A DNA stretch of 64,000 bases from Cycas panzhihuaensis (Eukaryota; Plantae; Cycadophyta), in the NCBI GenBank assembly GCA_023213395.1, contig CM041465.1, positions 83,893,741 through 83,957,740 of the forward strand, in the 5' to 3' direction. Position numbers and translations under genes: made by a program. Numbering within the stretch: the stretch's first letter is position 1; each line of letters opens with the position of its first letter. Shown here piece by piece: positions 39,514-51,563 of the stretch. The notes below the pieces were generated by a model. The model was not told where the DNA came from. It saw only the letters and a list, made by a program, of their open reading frames with translations, and did not search any database.

Positions 39514-40999
39514 GATTAATTTTAGTTTGAGCAAATTAGAGACTGATGATCCTTTGTAAGAGCGACTACATAGTATTACAAGACAAAGAGAAGAGTTACT
39601 ATGCATCAATGGCTACCCCTCACACTTATAGCTCTATATAGTAATTGTGACGTCGAAAAACACAACAATGGTGGTCGCCCTCATAAAATGGCATATAAAC
39701 CCTAATTAGGGTTAAAAGGATTTTAGACGTGAATTCATTCATAAAAGGGATTTATATTTCTTTTCAGTTTAAAAAATAGATTTAATTAAATTGGATAATA
39801 TTTGAAATCCAATTAGACCCCTTTATACTTCAACCCCCAGTAGTATGGAGGCATTATGTAACCTGTAATCAGCCGATGAAAGGGTCTAGTCCCCAATTTC
39901 ATCTTTCATGTGCCATGTGCCTTATATATATTTTTCTACTTGCACTCCCATATGAGCAAGCAGTGGGACCTTTTTCAGCGATTGTTGCCAGCTCCTGATT
40001 GACACATACATGAAGGGAGTTCCTACCCAACTGGTGGTTATAGTGGTTGAGGACTAATGTATTTTAGTAGATGGACTCCACTTCATATGGACATCGATAG
40101 TTTTTTAATCATGTGCAGTAGCATTTATGATCTAACGGACTTTTAAAGATTCAAGCTTATCATTTAATGTGATATTTATATAATTAAGTATTATAGAGGG
40201 GAATGTTGGGTGTAATACCCAATTATATTAACCTTAAGTAAACTCTCTCTATTTCTTGTATTTTATATTAGAGTTGTGGGCCACCTAGAGATGTGTGCCA
40301 CCTCTATGTCGACCAATGGGTTCTCTCACTAGTGGTGAGCATGTATTATAAATATGTATTCTTCATTATTTCTAATTGAGTTTTGGCTAATTCTCCAAAT
40401 ATTATATTTATTATTGTACATACTTCATCTTTTTTGTACTTCATTAGTTATCATTCACTCATCATTAGGAGTTTATATAGTTTTACATTTCTAATTCTAA
40501 CAGTGTATTGCATCCATTGGTGTTTTTACATGCATTTGTAACTTTCTTTTAACAACCAATAAAATTTTATCAACCAATAGTAAATCAACAAATTGAATAT
40601 ACTAACTCTAGGAACATGGCATACTATTTAGCCAAGACAAGTTAGTTTTAATAAGGTAATATAAATAGTGTGTTCTTATGCCTCTTGTCATATATAGCAA
40701 GCCAGATTTTCCACTAACAAACATATTTTATATATCAGTTAGATAACCTGAACAACTAAATTTAGTGTCAATTAATCAATATGATACTTCTTCTCCATGT
40801 CTTATAAACAAGTGGAAATTTTACTTAATCACCATAAACTCCAACAAACTTCCAACAATCAATGAGCCATTCATCAATTAAGTGGTACCATCAATCACCA
40901 TTCATTCATTCAAATAGGTGTTTAATAAACTAGGTGATTATTATATTTACTTAGTGTTGACCACTAATAACTAAATATGATAAGTTCTAAGGGGGGTTT

Positions 41000-41745
41000 T
41001 TATCATGTCTAGCATATTAAGATACCTATAATAAATTTTCACCAAATATATCCCACATCTTAAATTTTTCATTTGTTTTGAGACTTAAAACATCATTAAT
41101 AAACCTTAAATATATTTACTTATAAACCGAATTTTCTTTTTCTTTCATCAACAATCATCAATCTCATCATCATGTGATCAAGAGCCTTTAAAAGCATAAG
41201 AAAAATACCAAAACAGATCTCGAAAAGCTCATAAGATATAACTTTTATAAAGTCAAAACCATTTTTATCAACTTTACATATTAAAATATATAGCATCTAG
41301 TCTTTGAAATATGCCTTACAACCATGCATTTTGATCATCTTGAAATTCTCTTTTCAACACAACTAATGGTGTGAAAAATGAACACTCTAGTGAAAAATAA
41401 TGATTGAAAAGGCACTGGTATGTCATAAAACAATGAACGTTACTTCTAAAAATATGTTTATCCCCTTTTCAAGTGGGTCATTAGTCATATTATGATTTCA
41501 TATGATCATTTGTTGATTATTGGGGGACTAAGGTATACATTTAAAAATTTTATCAAATTTAATTAAATTCAATTTTGCAATTATAAAAAAAAAATTAATA
41601 AAGTTTTATAAAATTTAATATCTACCTTTGAATCCGAATTTGAAATGATTATAAAAAATAATTTAATTTTTATTAACATTATAATTTTTTAATTAAAGGT
41701 AGAAAATATCATAGTTTCACATGCAACGAGCGACTGTACGACTAG
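41000..41745 (+). mobile_element. Possible non-autonomous Helitron 3' end
   Basis: Decayed GC hairpin TCACATGCAACGAGCGA followed shortly by CTAG at 41742-41745. The next base is A rather than T, and the 5' end is not located. Confidence 0.3.
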
Positions 41746-42159
41746 ATAAGTCAATCATTTGATCTATAAAATCTTTCTTATGTATGGTAAACTCTATGAT
41801 TAGCATACAATCATCATACGAGCATCTTTGTGGCTAGTCAATCTAGTATGGGTACAACTTGAACTCTATGAGCAGTGGTAAATCTTCACAGATGCAAAGA
41901 AAATATAATAAGCAATCTTTATATAGATCTTCTTCTATGGATGTAGGGTGATAGAGCAATGAGCTAGAGACTCGATAGAATTAAACAACTTTGATTCTAT
42001 AATTAGGCGATCATGTCAATCTATAGGATTAGGGATTTCAACAACATCTATGTATTCCATAATGGCTAGGCATAGTAAAGATTCAAGGTCACCATGTAGG
42101 ACACTATATAAAGATCATTCATGCTTAAAACCCTTACAAATTTATAATAGATGTGCAAA

Positions 42160-42290
42160 GCTTTACATGATATAGTGATGACTAGTTATCTTTGATGTGT
42201 ATGCTCAATGTATACATCTCTCAAGTGATGGATAGAAAATAAGGCTATATGATAACAAGTTTTCCTTTGCATCTTTACTTATTTATACTA
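42160..42290 (+). pseudogene. Very decayed PPR-like fragment
   Basis: IFDVYAQC resembles LIDMYAKC, and NKFSFASLL resembles PNxFTFASLL. Confidence 0.4.
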
Positions 42291-43359
42291 AGTAAAAATA
42301 CTAAGATACACCATAAAAAATTATTGGGCCTCTTCTTGATTATTAGCTTTTAAATTTGAATGTAAAACTACTTCATCCTTCAATATTTAGTATTGGATAT
42401 CAATAGCTTGTAGGTTTTTATTTTTTTATTTTCTTTATATTTCTACCTATTATTTACCACTCCTTTGTAATCAACTCTTTTCTATAATAAAGGATCCTTC
42501 ATAGTCTTGCATCGATCCTTTTTCACTAAACATGTAAAATACTAATGATGTATTTTCATTATAACATATTAAATCACAAAAATCCATACAGAATTTTCTT
42601 ATTAAACCCTTAATAGATAAGCCATAATTATATCACTTGAGGTATGTCACCACAGATCCTTTTTCCAAACCCTCATTATCAAATTAAATTGCCCTTATTT
42701 ATGTTCTATATAAATGCCATCAAAATTTAATTTAGTGCCACAGACATTAAATCATCATATCCTTATTTTTGCCCCAATAAATATCATAATGAATTTTCAC
42801 CTATTCATATTTTATTATTAACATAAAATTATATCATTGCATCTATATAATTATACCTATCTATTCACTATTAAATATGTTACAAATCAATGGTATAGGT
42901 TTGTTGCCTAGCTCATATATTGATGGGATACTTACCTACTTTTCATGTATTTTGTTTCATCTCTTTAACACTTTCAAAACTCATCATTTTGATGTACATC
43001 TCTCAATAGTAAAAAATTGCTATAAGAATATCTTTAACTAGAAGAAAATCCATAAGCTAAAGTGGACAAAAAAAGTCCATAAATGAAAATTGGGTAAGAG
43101 AGATATCTTATCAATACTTATCTTTACTACTATAAGTTATGATTTAGTGAGGTGTCTAGTCTTACAAAATCTCAATCACTTTTATAGGTGGATGACTTGT
43201 ATCAATAAATATAATTAGCAATAGTTCTTCTTATTTTCATCATAATGATAGGCTAGTTTCAAACCTACATAACTTAAGAATATGTATGTATAACATGCTT
43301 AAAATAAATATCCACATTTATTTAATAAATCAATATACCCATCAATCTTACTGCTTTTA

Positions 43360-44110
43360 GTAAATGTATGTGGCTTTATCTCCTATATGTGGCTCCACTT
43401 CCTTCATCTTGCCCCATAATCTTAGTAATATATCACTAGCATAATAAACTTTTGGCTATTCAAAATACACCTCAAACTAGCTCCTATACCAGCTCAAACT
43501 GACTCTATAATTAGATTTATCACTAGCTTTGTATTGGCTTTCAAACTACTTCATGAAATCTTTCACAACATAGCTCTAATACCATGTAAAAATTTAGAAT
43601 TTTATTCTGATACCATATTAGAATGCACTTAATATACATAGTAGAAGCATATTAATTAAGTATAATTATTCAATCATATCATAAGTAATTCATACAATTC
43701 ATGTAATATAAGATCAACATATAAAGTAATAACATGAATCGTAAAATATAATTATAAGAATGTATATACTATAAGATAGACAATAGATTTATACATGAAA
43801 AACTTAGTGTGGGAAAAACCATAAGAGAAGGTCAAAGTTGGGAGCTCCTCTTTATGATATTAAATGAATTACATCTCCAAGTTAATCTTTCTTTATCAAT
43901 TATTTCTTAAGATCTTAAGTGGTGTATATACATATTTTTAGATATATCACCTCATGATAAATCTATAATATCTCTTGAGATTTTTTATCATCTAATACGA
44001 TGTTCACACGAATAATCATACATGTTATATCTATCAATACTTTTGGTAATTGAGATTTTGTGTGAATTTATAACCTTATATAAATATTACATATGTGAAA
44101 GTATCATATA
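43360..44110 (-). mobile_element. Decayed LTR, double PBS and leader remnant
   Basis: PBS copies at 43573-43584 and 43605-43615; LTR from 43616; similar to 7670-8500. Outer boundary approximate. Confidence 0.6.
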
Positions 44111-44827
44111 TTACAACACCTTCTACCTCATTCTTCATCCTTAAAATGACCTATGTAAGAAAATTCCCTTTTTTAAATTAATATGAGGATAATATTAAAT
44201 ATCCTTTTATAATTATTCTGTAGTAAAGATCCAAGGTCATCTTATAGGATACCTTCTACAAACTATTTCAAGAAAAAATCATTGCTTTTAAAAGTTTAAA
44301 ATAATTAGCCTTAAATATAAGAGACCTATTACTAACTATTTCAAAAAAATTATTGTTTGAGTTCTATTATGATATGTTTTTTTAAGAATAAATTAAGTCT
44401 TTTTCCTTTTGTCACCCTTATAAAACTCCACCCATTTAGGGTTGCCATTCAAAATTTATTTTACCCATTTAAGGTTACCATTCAATGCAAGAAATCTAAA
44501 AAAATTCTACTATGGTATACTTCTAATAAGTTGTGCTCTCCTTCAACCACACCTATGGCCATATTAGGAAGAAAATTCTTTCATGGATGTCCTACAATCC
44601 ATGCTTCACTCCTCTTCATAAAAAACTTAGGAAACACCTTCATATGGATGTCTCCATCTTTAGTGCATTGCATGTAAAAGATTAGGTTATCAAATCTTCG
44701 TAATTCTCTATTCACTTTTATCCACTTGTATTATAATTAATTTTTTAGTTTAATAATATCTATATTTTACTTTTTAATAAAAGAAAGTTGCCACTCAATC
44801 ATCAAATATATAATGATATGCCTTTAT

Positions 44828-45494
44828 TATTAGATAATATGATAACAATGTTTCAGAGGTAAAAATTTTGACAGGTTAGCAACGCAGTTCCCCCCCCAAA
44901 CTTTCTAAGGGGATCCAAGGGGGCTGGGAGCCCCCCGTGGCTAGGGGGTATGGGGGGAGCCAAAACCCCCCCTTTCCCCCTCATACAAAAAGGGGGTTTA
45001 GGGGTAGTAGCCCCCAACCCAAAAAGCTAGTACTGTAAAACATACTAAATTGTAAAGAGAATCAAGATCGTTTATTCAAAATATCCCAAATTTGATGGTC
45101 GATATTTGTGCCATATATGACTCTCTCACATAGCTGATTTAGGGTGTTTTTTTCATTATATTGATTATATTTGATGTATTGGATACACTGTATTGAGAAG
45201 AGGTGGTTGGTTGTTAGTGTTGTATGCATTCTGGTATAGATTATATATATTTCTCCATTCTTGAATAATAAATATTGTTATCTTTCCTATGTGGATGTTT
45301 TCTTAGCACACTACTAGGGTTTTATCACATTTTATTTAGTGTATATATGATACTTTAGCTTTCTAATTTATTTATTGTATTATCTTTAGTTTAAGAACTT
45401 GCATGTTAAATTTCAGTTTCAATTCCTATAATTAGTTGCAAAATAGTTTAGATCTTGTGGTATTTTTAGTTATTAGGACCTAGTTTTCTCAACA
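44828..45494 (+). mobile_element. Solo LTR (667 bp)
   Basis: T(A)TTAGA...CTCAACA termini, perfect TSD TTTAT, homolog of 10981-11560. Confidence 0.92.
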
Positions 45495-46468
45495 TTTATT
45501 TTACCTATATAGTGTTACTAGCATTTAGTCATCAAATATATAATAATATGCCCAATGAGGATTTTTGGCATTCAATATTTGTCTATCAAAGATACATCTC
45601 AACAAAATTAAAATGCTATTTCAAAACTAATTTGAACTAGAAATAAAAATAAAATTATTGCACTTAATTTTGGACTAAAAATGTTATAATATGTGCCTCT
45701 CTACTACATGCTATAATTTTTTCCTTAGCATCTATTTGACTAATATGTTTTCCTTTATTCTTAGACCTTCCTTTCACTCTCAAACCTTTATTCCTTATGA
45801 AATCATTCTCACTTTTCTCTTTCACATGCTAGATTCTCCTCTTTAAAAAAAAAATCAACTTGAAGAGTACTAAAGTATCCCAGGCAATCTAAGCTCTAAA
45901 TTCTTTCATTCAGTCATTACAAATAAGTAAGAAAGTTATAAAAAAAAATTGATATCGCTATCATCCTTTTGTAAGACATTATCAAGTTTTTTTCATCTTC
46001 AAAGTCACTTATAGAGTTTGGGTGCCACCAACACTATGATTACTAAGTTTATTTTTGAATAAATCCTTCAAAAATTTTATAGTTTTGGAGTAAAACCTTC
46101 AAAGATCTTAAGTTATCATATTCCTACTATTATATTTGTACAATAAATTATTTTAAGAAATCCTTTAAAGATCTATAGTCGAGTGGCAAGGGAAAAATAA
46201 AGTAAACCCTTTGGAGAAAACCCTAACTGACAACCATAAAGAAAGAATAAAATAAATCTTTGAGAAATCAACAACACATAGGGTAAGAGACTAAGGTTTC
46301 ATTAACAACTTTTAGTTTGAGCCCACATATCATTTGGACTTCCTTTAAATATAGATTTCTAATATCATTTTAAAATGAGTGAATTTAGAAGTAAAACATA
46401 AAGATAATAATCATATAGACATAATACTATATCCCAATGTTCTCATCTCAATTATTTATGAAATAAGC

Positions 46469-46492
46469 CATACATACGTACATACATACATG

Positions 46493-46574
<82 letters not shown>
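46469..46574. repeat. Compound (TACA)n(TA)n microsatellite
   Basis: Seen directly. Confidence 0.95.
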
Positions 46575-46576
<2 letters not shown>

Positions 46577-47559
46577 GACTAGGAGATAACTACCTACCTA
46601 CTCTTAATACTAACCAAAACTTTAATATAATATTAATATTAATGGGCATTAACCTAATATTTATGGCTTCTAAATCCCAGTAATTCTAATAATTAAGCTA
46701 GTTATTGGACTAAGACCCTTTGTGAAATATGTCATAAGGACCACAGTGTTTGACACCCTTTTCTAGCTAAGAGTCTTAATATCCTTCATACTTGCTTTTA
46801 GTAATGGGAAGACATATTGATGTGCCATACTTTCTAGGATGAATGCTTAAAAATCTAAGCTTATAAATAAACCTGATTAGTCTTAATGGTTCTAAACTAT
46901 AGGTGGATATTCACTATATTCTTTGTCTAGGTAGATTACAAGGCTATGGTAGGTCTTATAGTTTTCTTTAGGAGAATTACAGTAAGCCTTATTCTTTACC
47001 ATAAAAGGCTATTTCAAGGAATGTTGAATCATATTCTCATTATAGAGGGCTAATCTATAACTGGGTTAATAAAGTAGGACCAACCCATAAATATATGTAC
47101 AAGTCTCAAGAAGGTGAATTATGGTAGTGGCAACATCCACTTATACCAATACTTTGAGGGGTTAATCTTCTTTCTTTTATTTGATCTAATGTTACTTGCA
47201 ACAACCATTTGGGGTTACTTATCAATTCTATAAATAAAAAACAGTATAAATACTCTAATACTATTGATTATCAAATTCTACAAGCAGTAGAATTCGAGTA
47301 ATAATATCCAATTACACTAGAAAGAATAAATACTAAAATAATATCAAGTATAACAATATATAAAGAATTAAAATAGTAATAAATATGATAATTCGTGATA
47401 TAATGAAATAGTATTCAATAGTATAACTTTTCTTTATTACAAAGCATTCTACAAGATAATAAAATATCTACTACAATTTATATCCCTCTTTAAGGTAAGA
47501 GAGCCTCTAAAAATAATATCTTCTTTGGAGGAAAAGGAGAGAAGAAACTCCAAAATCTA

Positions 47560-47625
47560 GTGTGTGTGCACACGCTTGTGTGTACGCATACACACGCGCA
47601 TGTGCGTGCGCACACGCACACACAC
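47560..47625. repeat. Alternating purine-pyrimidine (TG/CA/CG) tract
   Basis: GTGTGTGTGCACACGC...CACACGCGCATGTGCGTGCGCACACGCACACACAC. Confidence 0.85.
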
Positions 47626-49220
47626 CGATTCAAAATGACAAATTCACTCTTTATATATGAGCTTTGTTTAAATTATTAATTATTTTAGAGTAAAGTTATC
47701 TTTAATATAAATAATATTCTAAGGTGAAGTGATCTTTAGAATACAACTGTTTTGTTGGGCAACATTTATCATGATACAATAAGATAGATAATAATTGTAA
47801 AATGGTAAAATCCTTAGTGCATCTACTCATCAACCCATAATTTCTTAGTGAGTGAGTTGGACCAAAAAACAAGCCTTTAATTAGGAGCTTATTAAGTGGT
47901 AAGTTCACTTTCTCTATTTATACATACTAGAATAATAACAACCATTGCTCACAAACTAAAAGAAAAGATAATTGTTATCCCTCTTGGTGTAATAGAGTGG
48001 GGTTGCTCCCTAATTCTAATTTTTAATAAAGTTCGTAAAACATAGCCTAAATATTAATTAAACATTTAAAAGAGTATATGTGAATGATCCATTTTAAGCA
48101 CATATCACAAATAAGGCTATATTTTCCATTAAGTACTCGTTATTAATTTAATTGCTAAAATTAAGTATGTAAATCCATCCTTTAAAATTTATCTTTTTAA
48201 ACTTGTGAGCATCTCTTCACACTTAGTTGGGCAATGCAATGCAAGCTCGTAATGCTTATAACTAGCTAAGACAAGGTTATACGACATATTACATGCTTAT
48301 ACTTTGGTTAACAAATAAAGAAGAAACTAAAATTGTATTATTATGGGTTACATGAGGTTGTACAAATTTGTATTTAGTAAATATATAATACCATATGCAC
48401 CATAGAAAAATCACATGCACTCTATTGCCACCTTTTTTAGAGTTTTTATAAGCTTTGTAACCTTTTATTTATAAGTTTATAGTGACTCTTTGCATTATGT
48501 AATGACTTGAGAGTAGGCTAATATAAGCTCTAACTCTTCTATAACACGAGCACATGTAATAATTGCTACCTATGACCTAACCATACATTACATCCACATA
48601 TGTGACTTTCCTTTGAATGTGCACATTATTTATACTTCCTCATAAGGTAATATGAAGTATCCCAATAAGCGTCATCACACGACATGCATGTTGCCTCCAC
48701 TAATGCATTATATTCACAAAAACTTTTAACCACATATTACTTTTATTACAACCCTTTATTTAACAAATGTAAGGAGAATGCTCAACTCGAGGCAAGATCA
48801 TCTATGACAAACTTGGGGCCTCCATATGATGATCAAACAATCTTAATCCTTGGGCCATGTGCCATTGCAAATGATAATAATAATCAAACAAAAGCACATA
48901 TGCATACTTTAAAAAAAAAAGGAAAAAAGACAAAAAAAAATGCTATAGATTCTTTGGTATACTTGTGATGGTACATGCAAATCAATGGTTTTGCATTATA
49001 AGATTATTTTTTTCTATATAGATAATTGAAGCTGATAAGACTTGTTACGATCCATGTGTCATGCAATTTTTGCAAACCATGAAAAACAAATAAAGTTGAA
49101 GACAAGGTATAGTAATTGTAGGAGGAAGGGCCAATTACCCATTAGCATATAAATTATGTTTTTAAAATTCCAATTTAAAAATGTATATAATTAGGCCATA
49201 CATCATACATTTCTCTTGGA

Positions 49221-49254
<34 letters not shown>

Positions 49255-49259
49255 CCAAT

Positions 49260-50100
49260 CATTTAGAACCCTCGTTATTAACTGATTACAAGTAATTTCC
49301 ATTACACGCTTTTACAAACAATCATTTCGTCCAATAGTTAATTTAATCGACCGACAACTCTAAGCTGAAAAGGAATCCAACGAAAACGGTTTGGTTGGCC
49401 GACGTAAACTTTTATCGCACTCGTCCAAATGTTTCTGTTCATTTACGAACTGAACTATGATGCCGAGCTACAAGTGTCCGTCACGCTAACGGCATTATTG
49501 TACCGTTAATGTGATTTGGCGCCTGTCATTTATGTACAGGTGTTTCTTTCGACGGGTTTGACGGTACTTTAAGGTCTAGCCGGTTGTGGTTGGTTGTGCC
49601 CCACCCTTCTCGTGAAAAAGGCGCTGCGAGGCGGGTCCCAGCAATTTCACAGTTGATTTCTTTTACGGCCAAGTGTCAAATCTCATAAAAATTTCCAGAT
49701 CATACCGTGAGGCAGCACATTGCTTATTTTGGAAATGAAGGAAACCTGGCAGAATAATCCATTGCAGACGCAGATGAACGTGGATAGAATTGCGCGTTTT
49801 TGGGTGAGGGGCAGCGCCTATCGCTGACAACGATGTGATGAACTAAATGAACGAATAGCAAGTGGCACGGTGAAATATTCACACTTCCTTTTGCTTACAT
49901 TTGTTGCCAGATCCTACCATTTGACCGTGTCCTTCCTTGGGTTGGTTTGGCTCTTTCTAACCTTGGTCATCTACACATCCTTTGGAAAAAGATACAAACA
50001 TGGTAGGTGTGACAAGGGAATCAATTTTGGCATTATTGATTATCATGTGGACTAACCATTATTGTATGAGGAAGCATACACCCCGGGTTTGCAATAATCA
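49260..50100. promoter_or_regulatory. CpG-rich, non-TE island; candidate promoter or enhancer
   Basis: About 38 CpG by hand count in 49261-49930, against near absence over most of the window. Contains E2F-like TTTGGCGC, AACGG repeats, RCCGAC, ACGTGG and CGCG motifs. Confidence 0.6.
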
Positions 50101-51563
50101 TTTGGGTTCTAATTATAGTTATTTGGTTCTACCTTAAAAGAAGAATGTAAATATATCATTTTCTAATAAGGAAAAAATTATTGCTATATGTTTTAAATGA
50201 GATGAATTATTATGGTATATGGGGGATAGGGATCTAGGGTGGTTCACTTTTTTTGGATTATTCGATCATTTTTATTTTATGGGAAATATGATTGTCTTAT
50301 GATATTTTTTTATGCTTTAATACCATGCCAAGATTATCATAAACTTAGAATCTATAAGATTGATAAGTGAAATATGTGTGAAGCAATCATAATATATTAT
50401 CATGCACAATGTAATGAATGAAGTGAATATAAGATAAGACATCAAATACACATCAAGATAATATATACACAAATAAAAGATAAGATATAACATGACACAC
50501 GATTTATAAGTAGAAATTTTTTTATGGAAAAAATCACACAAAAAAAGGAAATTAACTTAACTCAATTAAACATTTTAATGTGTGTACATATTTATAGAAC
50601 TAATCACCTCGTGTCTAATCGATCATTTCTAAGAATTTTATTATCTAATGATATTTTAACTTCATTCAATGAACTTATACATGCATATTGATGTTGCTCA
50701 CAACTAATGACATATAAGAAATCATTAATTAACTATCATCTCCAACATTCTCTTATAATGTTTAATTCATGAAACATTATCAAATACCTTGTTTTCTCCT
50801 ATTTTTCTTTATATTCAATCAATCTATTGGGATTTTTAAAAAATTGTTTACAGACTAACTCCTATCATCAAAACCCATCTCAAAAGCTATCTTTAAATAG
50901 CCATCATTGTCCCCTAAAATAACCTGCAAATTTGACGTTCATATGAAATCACAATCATCTACTAGAATGCATGGGTAATCAACCTTTATAACAACTAATG
51001 ACCTAGAAAGTATTTTGAATATATGACTCATTATTCATTAAAAAACCATCAAACTCTGAAAACACGACGAGTTACTTGGCTAATTAAGTATGCAACAATA
51101 TGATAACAAATTAAATGTGTTCTATGCCTCTTATCATACATGGCTATCAAATTTCTAATCGAAAACACATTCTTCAACTCTTTGGCTAAAAATCAAACTC
51201 ATCAATTGGACTCGTCAACAAGTAAAAATCATGAAGTGATCAACTCATCTTTTGCTTTCTTCTAGCTAACAACTCATTTAGGGCCTATTCTTCTAAACTC
51301 TCCAAACATCATCAAATAATCTAATATACAAAGGAAATAATCATGTATTTTCTCTTTACTTTTTCTTTTCTTCTCTATCTTTTCTCTTTAATTAAAAAAA
51401 ATATTCTCATGTGTGTCATAAACATAAATGTATGCCTTAAATGAGCCGTTCAAACTTTCTTTTTCATTTTTATGCTCAAACAGTATCTACCATCATCAAC
51501 ATCCATTTATATGCATTCATGAACCTCTAATATCATCCACAAATTTCAAAATATGATTCAAAT

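Larger units (their letters stand above)
37634..40502 (+). mobile_element. Non-autonomous LTR retrotransposon (2.87 kb) carrying host-gene cargo
   Basis: LTRs 37634-37933 and 40204-40502 (TGTTGG...CTAACA, about 300 bp). PBS TGGTATTAGAGC at 37934-37945. PPT AGAGGGGAA before 40204. No RT or INT; no TSD visible. Confidence 0.93.
26948..40620 (-). mobile_element. Large non-chromovirus Ty3/gypsy (Athila/Tat-related); 5' LTR not found; two nested insertions
   Basis: gag LPKYNGDPEQAKNHL about 37400-37445. RT EWVSLIIFVPKKNGKARVCVNY. RH KFRHYLLA/DH*AL*YLINKP..GRITRWL. Integrase about 30750-31900, then the array, extra ORF and LTR. Confidence 0.8.

Noticed and set aside
40600-40960. 5' LTR/PBS of the large gypsy
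   Set aside because: Only a weak PBS-like remnant near 40606-40624, with no match to the 26948 LTR.
49833-49920. C/D box snoRNA (GTGATGA)
   Set aside because: No downstream CTGA D box or terminal stem at a suitable distance.
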